A DNA stretch of 34,566 bases, taken from positions 1 through 34,566 of the forward strand of contig JALJEE010001729.1 of assembly GCA_023231475.1 (NCBI GenBank). The letters are read 5' to 3'. Below are positions 20,592 through 30,660 of the stretch, one piece after another. The notes under the pieces are model-generated. The model was not told where the DNA came from. It made no database searches and saw only the letters and a program-made list of their open reading frames with translations. The translations under genes were made by a program, and so were the position numbers. Each line of letters opens with the position of its first letter. The first letter of the stretch is position 1. This stretch comes from Seison nebaliae. Taxonomy: Eukaryota.

Positions 20592-21738
20592 ATGAAAAAG
20601 GCAAATAAAAAAATTGAGAAAATTATAACAATCGAAGATAATTATAACGTTTTTAGTAATGTAAGACCGTTGAATACGTTCAGTCAATTTCTCTTACAAC
20701 ATTTCTTCTCTCATGGATTTCTTGATGGTGACAAATGCATTCGTCTTTACAAGAACTTTTTTAAAGCGAATGCTGAAAATTTAAGGTCACTTTTTGAATT
20801 TTTCATTTCATATTTCATTCTCAATCGATATAGTTCGATGGATATTTTAAAGAAAATGGTACAACAAATAGTTCATCTGAATAGGAGTATAGAATTCTTG
20901 CATTTTTCAATTATCAAATCTACATCAGAAATAACGGGAAAATCAATCTATTTGATGGTATTAATTAATTTAATTAAATTAAAAATTAAATAATTTTCAG
21001 ATTTCTTCCCATATACAACCTGACAATCTGACGAACAAGTTGAAGAATTCTTTAAAGTCGCCTTTATTGAAAACGAATGATACGAACATTTTAGAATTTG
21101 TCGTTACTTTTTCACAATTCATATTTTTTCAAATATTCAATTTTAATGGAAAAGATCGGAAAGATTTTGACTCAATCATCGAAAATTCGTGCAATGAAAT
21201 TTTGTGATATCGTCCGTCAATATCTTCAGTTTCATTCGGTTGAGTTAGAGAAAAGGAAAGCAGAACGAGTAGCTGATGAACGACATGTTTCTCGACGAGT
21301 CACCCCAGACGATGTTAAATCTTCCGTCGATGTATTGGTGAAAGGGAAATGGTTGGAATCAATCGAATCGAATGATAACGTCTTCATTATTGTCGGTTGT
21401 CGATCATTAAAAGAATTGGGAACGAAAATTAATGGAAAATATCCAGATCGAATGAAACAATGTTGTGTTTGTCGAGAACATAATTGTATCATTGTTAATA
21501 TTAATTATGTTTTGTGAGATTTGTGTATAATTAATTCTTTTTTTTTCAGGGATATGAATGTGAAAATTGTTCTGCATTCTATCATTTGAAATGTATGGAG
21601 AAATCATTGAAAATGGCCGGGAAGGAATGTATTCAGATGGCACAAGGGAAAAGTTGTGGAGAACCACTTCAACTTCATTTGGCTCTTCAACATAACTACT
21701 TCTATCAGACAACTAACAAATCAATGGAGGAAGATTAA
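20592..21738 (+). CDS. NSMCE1: NSE1 (SMC5/6 complex subunit, winged helices + RING-like), ~315 aa; exons 20592-20785, 20834-20957, 21001-21102, 21155-21493, 21550-21738
   Basis: Motifs FLLQHFFSHGFL, LNRSIEFLHFSIIKSTSEITGK and LVKGKWL...VGCRSLKEL are present, plus the RING-like CCVC...IIG/YECENCSAFYHLKC. The first intron (48 nt, in frame, no stop) is optional and uncertain. Confidence 0.85.
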
Positions 21739-22513
21739 GATTTTATTTGATTTTCAGCAAATGGATTAGCATGAATTGTTATCGTGTTCAATATAATATC
21801 TTCGAATGGACGAAATGTCTCTTTATGTACACTGACATTTTCCATTCTTTCCAACGTCTTCCATCCATCAATTACTCTAACAAAATTTAATTAATTCATT
21901 TACATTCAATCAATTGACCAACTGTCCAAAAATTACAAATTTCCCGTCTAATCTCGGTTGTTTATCATATAAAATAAAAAATTGTGAAGTTGCTGTATTT
22001 GGTCCTTTATTCGCCATTGACACTACTCCTCTAGAAATATGCTGATAAACGAATTAAAAAGAATAAAAAATAAGAAAAAAACATGAAATTGAGCGACATA
22101 TTCATCTGGTAATGCATCTCCATCACCAATTAAACATTTCCCACCTTTACCTGTACCTAACGAGATAATTGAATGCAAGTATAAGAATATATAATGTATC
22201 TATTAAATGTACTTACCAGTCTTATCTCCAGTTTGTATCATTAATTTCGGCATATTCCGATGAAAAATACAATTATCATAATATCCACTTGCTGCCAATG
22301 CAAGGAAATTCTTTTCAAATTAAATTCCATAATAGAATAGTTCTTTAAATTAAATGAAAAATTATGGAACTTCACAAGTCTTCGGACATTGTTGACAATG
22401 TAATTCCATTTTCACATCTCCTTTACTTGTATGTAAAGTGACACTCTAAAAGAATGTTGGGAAAATTATAAAAGTTTTGGAAATAAAAGGAAAATATAAA
22501 ATACGAAAACCAT
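21735..22513 (-). CDS. PPIL3: Cyclophilin PPIL3, 168 aa; exons 22513-22511, 22445-22371, 22310-22217, 22156-22083, 22041-21923, 21876-21735 (missed by ORF track)
   Basis: The spliced translation is M/SVTLHTSKGDVKMELHCQQCPKTCE/NFLALAASGYYDNCIFHRNMPKLMIQTGDKTG/TGKGG...H/HISRGVVSMANKGPNTATSQFFILYDKQPRLDGKFVIFGQ/VIDGWKTLERMENVSVHKETFRP...ITIHANPFA. The MSVTLHT start and TIHANPFA end are typical of PPIL3. Confidence 0.93.
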
Positions 22514-22692
22514 TTTATATATGTTCTTTCTCGGATTAGACTTAATTTCTGAAAATAAATTTAAAAAAAATTTAAAATATTAATTTCATACTCAACTTAT
22601 CTGTGACGTAATAGAGTTATGTTGATTAATTATTTGAATTCAAATATCTCAACAACAACAGTAGATTTGGAAAAACTCAAATTGGAAAAAGA
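22514..22692. promoter_or_regulatory. Putative bidirectional promoter between PPIL3 and RPL27A
   Basis: There are 179 nt between the divergent ATGs. The interval is AT-rich with a CRE/ATF-like TGACGTAA at 22604-22611, near the midpoint. Confidence 0.5.
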
Positions 22693-23315
<623 letters not shown>

Positions 23316-23717
23316 AAACAAATATCTTAAATTCTTATAATTTCTCATTATAAATAAAATTAAAAGTAATTTGACACTTCTCAATTGTACTCCATAACTG
23401 TTAATCTTTAGCTGGAGAAAGAAGAATTTAGAAGAATTTATTTAATTCCTTAAAATGAAACAAATTTTCTGTTTATGTATCTCGAAGTGTGTCGGGAGAA
23501 ATGTGAGAAATTGTTGATGAGTTGGTAGATGTTAGAGAGGAAACATCTGTGTATGTTGTTGAAGGACGAGAGAGTAATCATGTGAAGTTTTGCAAAAATT
23601 TTGATAAACATTCTTCTTTCTCTTTCAACTTTGTGCACTCTCCCAATAAAGTTTGATGAAATAAAAAATCTCTAAATACTTTTTACATTGGGAATTGTTG
23701 CGGTTCGATAATTGATA

Positions 23718-25303
23718 ATGGAAATTGAGGAGAAATACTCCGAAGGTTTTTCATTACCATCTTATTCCGATTTATTTCAATTCACTACTTAATAGAAGCG
23801 TACCAATGTCTCTTAAATTGTTGTAAGGAAATTGGAATTGATTTGAAGGATCTTACCGTTGCCCAATTGAAGAAAGCAGCATTTAAACATCATGATTTCA
23901 TTCAGCTCTGTAGTCTACTCAGTCTCAATCGAGTGAAAGGAAATGTTAATATAAATATTATTATATCGATCATATTTTTTCTAATAAATTTTCATTTTCA
24001 TACAAAATAAATTAAAAAATTTATCTAGGAATTATTCACACAAATCTCTCAATCTACTTCATCCAACAATCCTGAACGAATCGTTCTCTTAACCAGATTA
24101 TTGTCCCATTTATCGATTCATTTCAAGTCAGCCAACAAATTTACGTTAGGAGAATTATTGGGAGAGAAACCACAAGATATTCCAAAAATACCAGATCTTC
24201 AAATTAACGACAAACCGAAGAAAGCGATTTTTAACGAACCTCAAATTATCCCACCAGTTATCATGAATTCGAACGATTCCTTATCGGAATTACTCAGAAT
24301 TCAATGGCTTCACACACTTCATTCCAATGTGAATTGTTCGATGCAATCCATAAAATTTATCGAACATGAAAGAAATCAATTGAGTCGAAAACAATCAGTA
24401 TGGAACAGGAATAATTTGATAACTCAATTGAATAGTTTCAATAATGATCCATCACCGAATGCCATAAGACAAGTCTTCATAAATCATCAATTGAAATATT
24501 TAGATGAATTAACTGCTGTTAGTTTCGAAAAAAAATTTTTATGAATTTTTATAAATAATTTTTTCGTAGAAATTAAATTTAGATAATCAATCTGTTCAAC
24601 AACTATCTATTTCAGCTTTACTGATAGAATTATTAAATTATTCTGATAAATTTATGAAAATGTCAAGTGAACGGTTTAATCAAGAAATTAGTAATTTGAA
24701 AAAGATGAACCTTCAACAATTGCAAATGTTGCAAATGATTGATAAGTTGCTCAATGAAATAATCAAAAAGAAACCGACTTCTTCCAATTATATTACATCA
24801 AATAATGCTCATGGGAAATCGAAATCGTTAGATGATGTGGTAGAAAGTGATAATTTAGATAAAACAGTTCATAACTTTACTGAACAATTTATGAAATTAT
24901 CGAACGATATCGAACAAATTAATGATCAGTCTTATAATGAAATTGATATTTTTGTTGGTTATTTATCAACACAGGCCATTGTCTATTTGTTTTCGGACGA
25001 GATAAGAAATCTCAAGTTTCAATTGTTTGATAGTTGATGTTCATATTTTTATTTTATAGTAATAAATATGTAGCAACGACTGCTGAGAAGAAGAATGAAA
25101 TTCTCTCACTGAATGAAAAGAATGAAAATCTTCAGAAGAATATGAATGATTATCAGAATCGATATGGTCATCTTATTCATTGTATAGAAAAATTACATAA
25201 TGAAGAATGGATAATTCATATGAATCGAGTATTGGACAAGAATAATGACAATACAGATAACTTGAATAAACATGAATTAGTTGTCGATTTTCTTAAAAGT
25301 TAA
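23718..25303 (+). CDS. Five-exon protein (~451 aa), weakly TEDC1 (tubulin epsilon/delta complex 1)-like; exons 23718-23745, 23796-23944, 24029-24517, 24570-25015, 25060-25303
   Basis: Four GTT..AG introns (50, 84, 52 and 44 nt) join the ORF-track pieces in frame. LKKAAFK...LCSLL and LRIQWL...ERNQLSRK recall TEDC1 motifs (FRRAKF, VQWL), and the C-terminus is coiled-coil. The gene model is fairly well supported; the family call is weak. Confidence 0.6.
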
Positions 25304-25350
25304 TTTTTTTCCATAATTGTCATATAAGAATTGATAACGTGTCGAAAGAA

Positions 25351-26251
25351 ATGCGAGATGAACATGAAAACATTATACTAGACAAACAGGCTTTGGAGAA
25401 GTCGATCGTTTCCATGGAAACGGAGTATAAGAAAAAAGTTACAAATTGTTTGGTATTTTTATTATTATTTTAAAATTTAGTTAGATAAATTGGAAGAAGA
25501 TTTCAAATTGATACAAGTAGAAAATGAAGTTTATTTCTCTTCGAATTTTATTCTATATCTACATAATTGTCAATGGTAAATTTCTCAGAATTTAACGAAA
25601 TCGTTGGAACAATTGAAAAAGGTTAATGAAGAATTTGAAACAAGTTAGGGAGTTTTTAATTCCATTCTATGACAAATCGTGAATAGAAACTTTAGCGAGA
25701 GAGAACAAACATTTTTCTAATCAGTTCATTCAAACGGAGGAGAAATCTTACGATAATACAGTTACTCAATTTTCCTAGTCGATAAATTGTAAGTTTGCAA
25801 AAAATTGCAGTTAAAAAGGAAAATTAATTTGGTGTGTGAAGAATTGGAAATTTTGAAGAAGAAGAATAATAATGAAATGATTCAGAGAAATGAGGAAGAA
25901 AAGAAGACGAATGATTATAATTCGTTAAAAGTTTTCATTTTCTTTTCTTTTCATGAATATGTCTAATGATAATCGTTTTTGATCATATAGAAAGAAATTC
26001 ATAAATTGATTAATTTGCAAGAAGAGCAAAAAGGAGAATTGTTGAAAGATCGTCAACAAGAAAGATTTGTTGTTGAGAAAGAAAGTCATATAAAGAAGAG
26101 GAATGTTGAGATACAGACGAATTTGTTTATCAAAGAAATAAAGGACTTGGAGAAAGAAGTTGAATTGGGCAAAAAAAAAATGAAATTATTGTCGTTGTTC
26201 ATCAAACAAATGTATGAGAATAATAGAAGTCTCCTTATTTCATTGTCGTAA
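25351..26251 (+). CDS. Six-exon coiled-coil protein (~214 aa), either a separate gene or the 3' part of the upstream gene; exons 25351-25437, 25481-25528, 25589-25643, 25687-25760, 25811-25930, 25991-26251
   Basis: Five GTT..AG introns (43, 60, 43, 50 and 60 nt) keep one E/K-rich frame, MRDEHENIILDKQALEKSIVSMETEYKKK/LDKLEEDFK...IKEIKDLEKEVELGKKK. Confidence 0.6.
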
Positions 26252-27226
26252 TTTGATGAGAAGTTGGAGGAATTTTTGACGGAATTCATTTGACATGAAA
26301 ATATAAAAATAGAAATTGATAATGTTCGAAATCATTCGGAGTAGACCATTGACAACATAAATGAAATCAGCTTCATGTACCGTCATCATTTGTACCATCT
26401 TCTCCCAATATGCCAATACGAGATAATAAGGTGCATTGATTAAAAATATTAATAATTGTAATCCGAAGAGTAGACGAATTGAAGCTGATCGTCTCCAACG
26501 ATTAATTCGATTATTAACATCACTCAATGCTACGTGACTACTGATAGCGGAAGCGATATAAATAGTAGTAAAGATGACAAACGTCAATGGCAAATAAACG
26601 AAAACTGCTGAATAGAAGTGATAGATGACAGTGCGGAATATGCGTGAATATGTTGTATAACGTCCTGATGAATCAAGTGTGCACATCTTCAATTTCCAAC
26701 TATTTTCCACCATTTCGAAATGACCATAGAATAAAAGATAATGGAAATTGCAAATAAAACTTAATAATAAGAGAACAATAAATCCAATACGGATAAATCG
26801 ATGAGTAATCGGTTGTCGTTTATGGAATAATAATAATCGTCCACATGCCACATAAGCGACAAGCCAATTCGACAAACTGTAACTTGTTAGTTGAATGAAT
26901 GTTTGTGCACGACACCAAACAACAGATGAATTAAATCGTTTTAATATACCACTACAACACTTTAAACGACCTAACCAAATGAATACTCTCCAAGAATTAC
27001 TAAAGAGTGCTATCATATCAGTCACGGCGATAATGAGTAATGCAAAATAAAGTGGATTATTTCTCAACGTATTATGTTGGGAGATTGTGAGTATGACGAA
27101 AATATTCCCGAAACCACCAAATAACCAGAATATGGGAATGATGATTCTTATCATCCATGGTACTATCACATTCACTTGTTCATTTGTAATAAATTGTTGA
27201 TGATTTAAATTTTCTGTTATATTCAT
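26240..27226 (-). CDS. Class A (rhodopsin-like) GPCR, invertebrate peptide/FMRFamide-receptor-like, intronless, 328 aa
   Basis: Seven hydrophobic segments. GN in TM1, IAVTD in TM2, WCR at the top of TM3, SNWLVAYVACGRL at the DRY position, ECL2 Cys, LP in TM5, FLINAPY in TM6 and INFYFY..MSNEFR in TM7/H8. N-terminal sequon NIT. Confidence 0.88.
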   Translation of the reverse strand: MNITENLNHQQFITNEQVNVIVPWMIRIIIPIFWLFGGFGNIFVILTISQHNTLRNNPLYFALLIIAVTDMIALFSNSWRVFIWLGRLKCCSGILKRFNSSVVWCRAQTFIQLTSYSLSNWLVAYVACGRLLLFHKRQPITHRFIRIGFIVLLLLSFICNFHYLLFYGHFEMVENSWKLKMCTLDSSGRYTTYSRIFRTVIYHFYSAVFVYLPLTFVIFTTIYIASAISSHVALSDVNNRINRWRRSASIRLLFGLQLLIFLINAPYYLVLAYWEKMVQMMTVHEADFIYVVNGLLRMISNIINFYFYIFMSNEFRQKFLQLLIKLRQ

Positions 27227-27451
27227 CCAAAGTCGAATGATTTCTTGAATAGTTCGTAAAAATAATTTTATTGTTAATAGAATGACGAATAATTTTATTT
27301 ATAAGAAATTTTTTTTTTACTTTCAATAAAAAGATAAACTGAATATTATCATGAGAATTTTACACAGAATGAATAAAAGAAAAGTTTCTATTGAAAACAG
27401 ATTTTAATAAATTTACAAAGAAGTTTTTCCCCACTTCGTGTCAAACGATTA

Positions 27452-29251
27452 TTACCATTCGTTATCAAATTCATTTTCATCCACCTCATCTTCATCGTCA
27501 TCATCATCATCCACTTTTCTCTTCATTTCCTCATCGATTGGTTCATGCTGATTCGTATCTGGTATAGCTCCTTCTTCCATACTGACATCACGATCATTAG
27601 TAGACGTCAATTGTCTACTATTAAGAGATTCGGATGACGAGTGAAAGTCTTGCTGTGTCGATGTCATTTTCGATTCATTCTCATTTGAAGAAGTGGAAAA
27701 GTTTCTCTCCTTATTTTTCTCCTCATTATTGTTCATTGGAGAACTGGATTGTTGTCGATGTTTCTTGTTCCATTCAGATTGCCATTTCTCTATATTCATT
27801 TTCTTCTGTTCTCGAACCTCCTCCCAATTTCCTTCTTTTCCCATTTCTTTCAATCTTTCATTTTCCATTGGAACATTATCGGTAGTTGTCTGTGGTACCA
27901 CATTCATCATCGGTGCCATTGGCATACTGTTATCAATGGTTGATGGTTCTTTTACATGTTCTTCAAATTTATGATATTTACGATTATCATAATGAGATGT
28001 GGAATGATGGAAATTTTTATATTCCTGTTGTTCGTTTGATTGATAATGATAATCATTGGATTGGTATCTTTGAAATCGATGATTTTGTTGATTCTGATAT
28101 CCTCCTCGAGAACGTTGAAATGATCGTCGATTATTAAATGATGAACGATAATCATTATTATCATTGGGACGACGTTTATGGAAAGAAACAAAAATTTTCT
28201 TCCCATCAATTATCTGATTATTCATTTCCGATACCGCACGAGCACATGAATCAACTTCTTTAAATGTTATTATTGATTTCATCATTTCATCTTCTGGTCT
28301 CATATTATTTTGGAAATTATTTTGATTGGAATATAATGCACCAACATATATTTTTGTTATTACACCAAATTTAGAGAATGCTTCTTCCAATGACGATTTT
28401 TGTAAATTCTTCCCACGAACAAATACTCTTTTCTTAAAATCAATCGATTCTGATCGATCAATATAATTTGGTCGATTCCATCCATATGGTTGCTTTTGCT
28501 CTACTGGTTTCGTATCGATGGGACGTCGAATTTTATTCGATTGATTGGGATCTTGTATCACAATCTTTCCTGATTTAACTAATGCCTCAATATCTTTCTT
28601 TGATTGACATCGATTCGCTGCTTCTTTTTCTTTTTTTACTTGTAAATTTCCAATTCGATTTTCTGGAGTACTGATACGAGTCTTCGATTTTTTCGTTGAT
28701 AATCTCAACATTTCATTCCTTTTAGGAGAAGTGATAGTAGTTCGTTCTTCTGAGAGACTTAGTCCAAAAGATGCATCAAAATGATTAATGAAAAGTTTTT
28801 GGAATTCATTTTTAACATTTTCCATTTTCTGATTACTTTCCTGCATCTTCTCCAATTGATTCTCATAAATACTTAGAGGAACTTTTGTTTTCATGACATG
28901 AAACGCTTTCAGAATATTGTTGATATCTAAATTTTTCGGAATGAATTTCTGCAACGGACCTTGCACACTATCAGGATCTGGTTCTTTTATTAGAATTTTC
29001 GCTTTCAATTTCGTCGATTCATCACCAGTCGATGAAGTGGTGGTGGAGGGTGCATTCTTTCTTCGTTTTACTGATGAATCATTCTTCACATCGTTATTTG
29101 TTTTCCTCTTGATTGTATTATTAACTTTCTTACCTTTAACTGTTCTTCGAGTTTTTTTCGCTGGTATTTCTTCTTCATAATCATCTTCATAATTATTTGA
29201 AGCGAAAATTGCTGTATTAGCCATAGCCGCTACACGACGATTATTCGACAT
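27452..29251 (-). CDS. NELFE: Negative elongation factor E-like RRM protein, intronless, 599 aa
   Basis: PLSIYENQLEKM coiled coil resembles the NELF-E N-terminus, and ALVKSGKI matches the LVKSGAI motif. The RRM reads VFVRGKNLQKSSLEEAFSKFGVI...ITFKEVDSCARAVSEMNNQIIDGKKIFVSFHKRRP. Confidence 0.72.
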   Translation of the reverse strand: MSNNRRVAAMANTAIFASNNYEDDYEEEIPAKKTRRTVKGKKVNNTIKRKTNNDVKNDSSVKRRKNAPSTTTSSTGDESTKLKAKILIKEPDPDSVQGPLQKFIPKNLDINNILKAFHVMKTKVPLSIYENQLEKMQESNQKMENVKNEFQKLFINHFDASFGLSLSEERTTITSPKRNEMLRLSTKKSKTRISTPENRIGNLQVKKEKEAANRCQSKKDIEALVKSGKIVIQDPNQSNKIRRPIDTKPVEQKQPYGWNRPNYIDRSESIDFKKRVFVRGKNLQKSSLEEAFSKFGVITKIYVGALYSNQNNFQNNMRPEDEMMKSIITFKEVDSCARAVSEMNNQIIDGKKIFVSFHKRRPNDNNDYRSSFNNRRSFQRSRGGYQNQQNHRFQRYQSNDYHYQSNEQQEYKNFHHSTSHYDNRKYHKFEEHVKEPSTIDNSMPMAPMMNVVPQTTTDNVPMENERLKEMGKEGNWEEVREQKKMNIEKWQSEWNKKHRQQSSSPMNNNEEKNKERNFSTSSNENESKMTSTQQDFHSSSESLNSRQLTSTNDRDVSMEEGAIPDTNQHEPIDEEMKRKVDDDDDDEDEVDENEFDNEW

Positions 29252-29429
29252 TTAGAAACAAATCTATTGACAATAACAACAACAAGAAGAAAAATATTAA
29301 AAGAAGAAAATTATTTTTTTATAGAAATTGAAAGAACAAAAATTTCCTTTGTCTTTCCCACCGTCAAACTTTAAAAGAAAGAATAAAATAAAATAAAATA
29401 ATTAATTAGTTTAGTTAACATGAATCATT

Positions 29430-30209
29430 CTATTTTCCTCCAATCTCCATTAGCCAATTCATTAATTTACTCATTTGTCCTTCGGAAACGGTATGACCGA
29501 AATCATTCGATTTAATAAATTGATAATTAGTGAAATTGAATTTTTCCTTAATTACTTTTCCAGTCAATTCACCGTAGGCACAAGGTACAACCGGATCATG
29601 TTGAGTATGAGTTTGGAAAATTGGCGGATATGATGATCTCTTCAATGAACCATATTTCTCAATTAATTTTTCATGACATGGTAAGAAACTGGACAATGCC
29701 ACCAATCCACCAATATCTAATTTTTCGTTTGTTAATAAAGTATAAAGTGCAACGGCACCACCTTGAGAGAAACCTCCGATCACAATTTTTGATGGTGGTG
29801 TACCTGTATCGATTTCTTTCCTTACGAGCGATAACAGATAATCAGATGACTCTTTAACACCTTTCTCATCTTGTGGACTGGATGGTGCGAGACCATAAAC
29901 ATCGAACCATGAATTTGTCGGCATTCCTCCATTCAATGTCACAGGTTGTACTTTAGCTTGAGGACAAATTAGTTTGAGCATTTTCCCATTCTTTTGAGCA
30001 GAGAACGTTTGGAACCATCCATCCGCCACATCACCTAATCCATGGAGAAAAATCAAAGTAATCGATGGCGTTTTCTCTGCCAGTTTAGTTAATGGCAACG
30101 ACATTTGTGAATTTAATGTAGGAAGAAAACAAACACTAAAAATAAGTGAGAAAGAAAATATTAAAGGGACATGGTAGATGGATGAGGAATGATATTGAAT
30201 AAACGTCAT
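29430..30209 (-). CDS. LYPLA1: Acyl-protein thioesterase / lysophospholipase (APT1/2 family), intronless; second ATG at 30104
   Basis: IFLHGLGD, ICPQA..PVTLNGG..SWFD, GGFSQGGA (Ser), HDPVVP (Asp) and GHT (His). The symbol indicates the family; LYPLA1 versus LYPLA2 is not resolvable. Confidence 0.92.
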   Translation of the reverse strand: MTFIQYHSSSIYHVPLIFSFSLIFSVCFLPTLNSQMSLPLTKLAEKTPSITLIFLHGLGDVADGWFQTFSAQKNGKMLKLICPQAKVQPVTLNGGMPTNSWFDVYGLAPSSPQDEKGVKESSDYLLSLVRKEIDTGTPPSKIVIGGFSQGGAVALYTLLTNEKLDIGGLVALSSFLPCHEKLIEKYGSLKRSSYPPIFQTHTQHDPVVPCAYGELTGKVIKEKFNFTNYQFIKSNDFGHTVSEGQMSKLMNWLMEIGGK

Positions 30210-30660
30210 ATTGTTTCAATGAAAACTAAAGAATCCTATTCCAATTTCCTTTATGTACATAACTTTATATAAAACAATATTGAATGGACTCAACCTCTTT
30301 TCATATAATACACTAAATTAATTAAGTGATACATGTCAGAGAATAATGGACGTAACGAAAAATAAAAAAATTGGAAAATAATTAACAACAATTTTCGAGC
30401 TTAACATTTGATAAATTCTCAATTATATTTTGGTTATTAATTTTGAGAATTTCATTCTTCTTTTTTTGAACTATTCATTCAGAAAACATTAAACACTAGT
30501 AACTAAAAACTGGAATTTTAGAAATAATATTTTATGATATTTTTTGTCTATGAATATTGAAATAAAATAATATTCGAATTGAATGTTAATGAAATTAAAA
30601 AACTAATAGAAGAATATTCAATAAATAGAAAATATTCAAACTTTTCATTCAAATTTCATA

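Noticed and set aside
23702..23708. GGTTCGA B-box/T-loop-like motif suggesting a tRNA
   Set aside because: No cloverleaf stems or A box around it.
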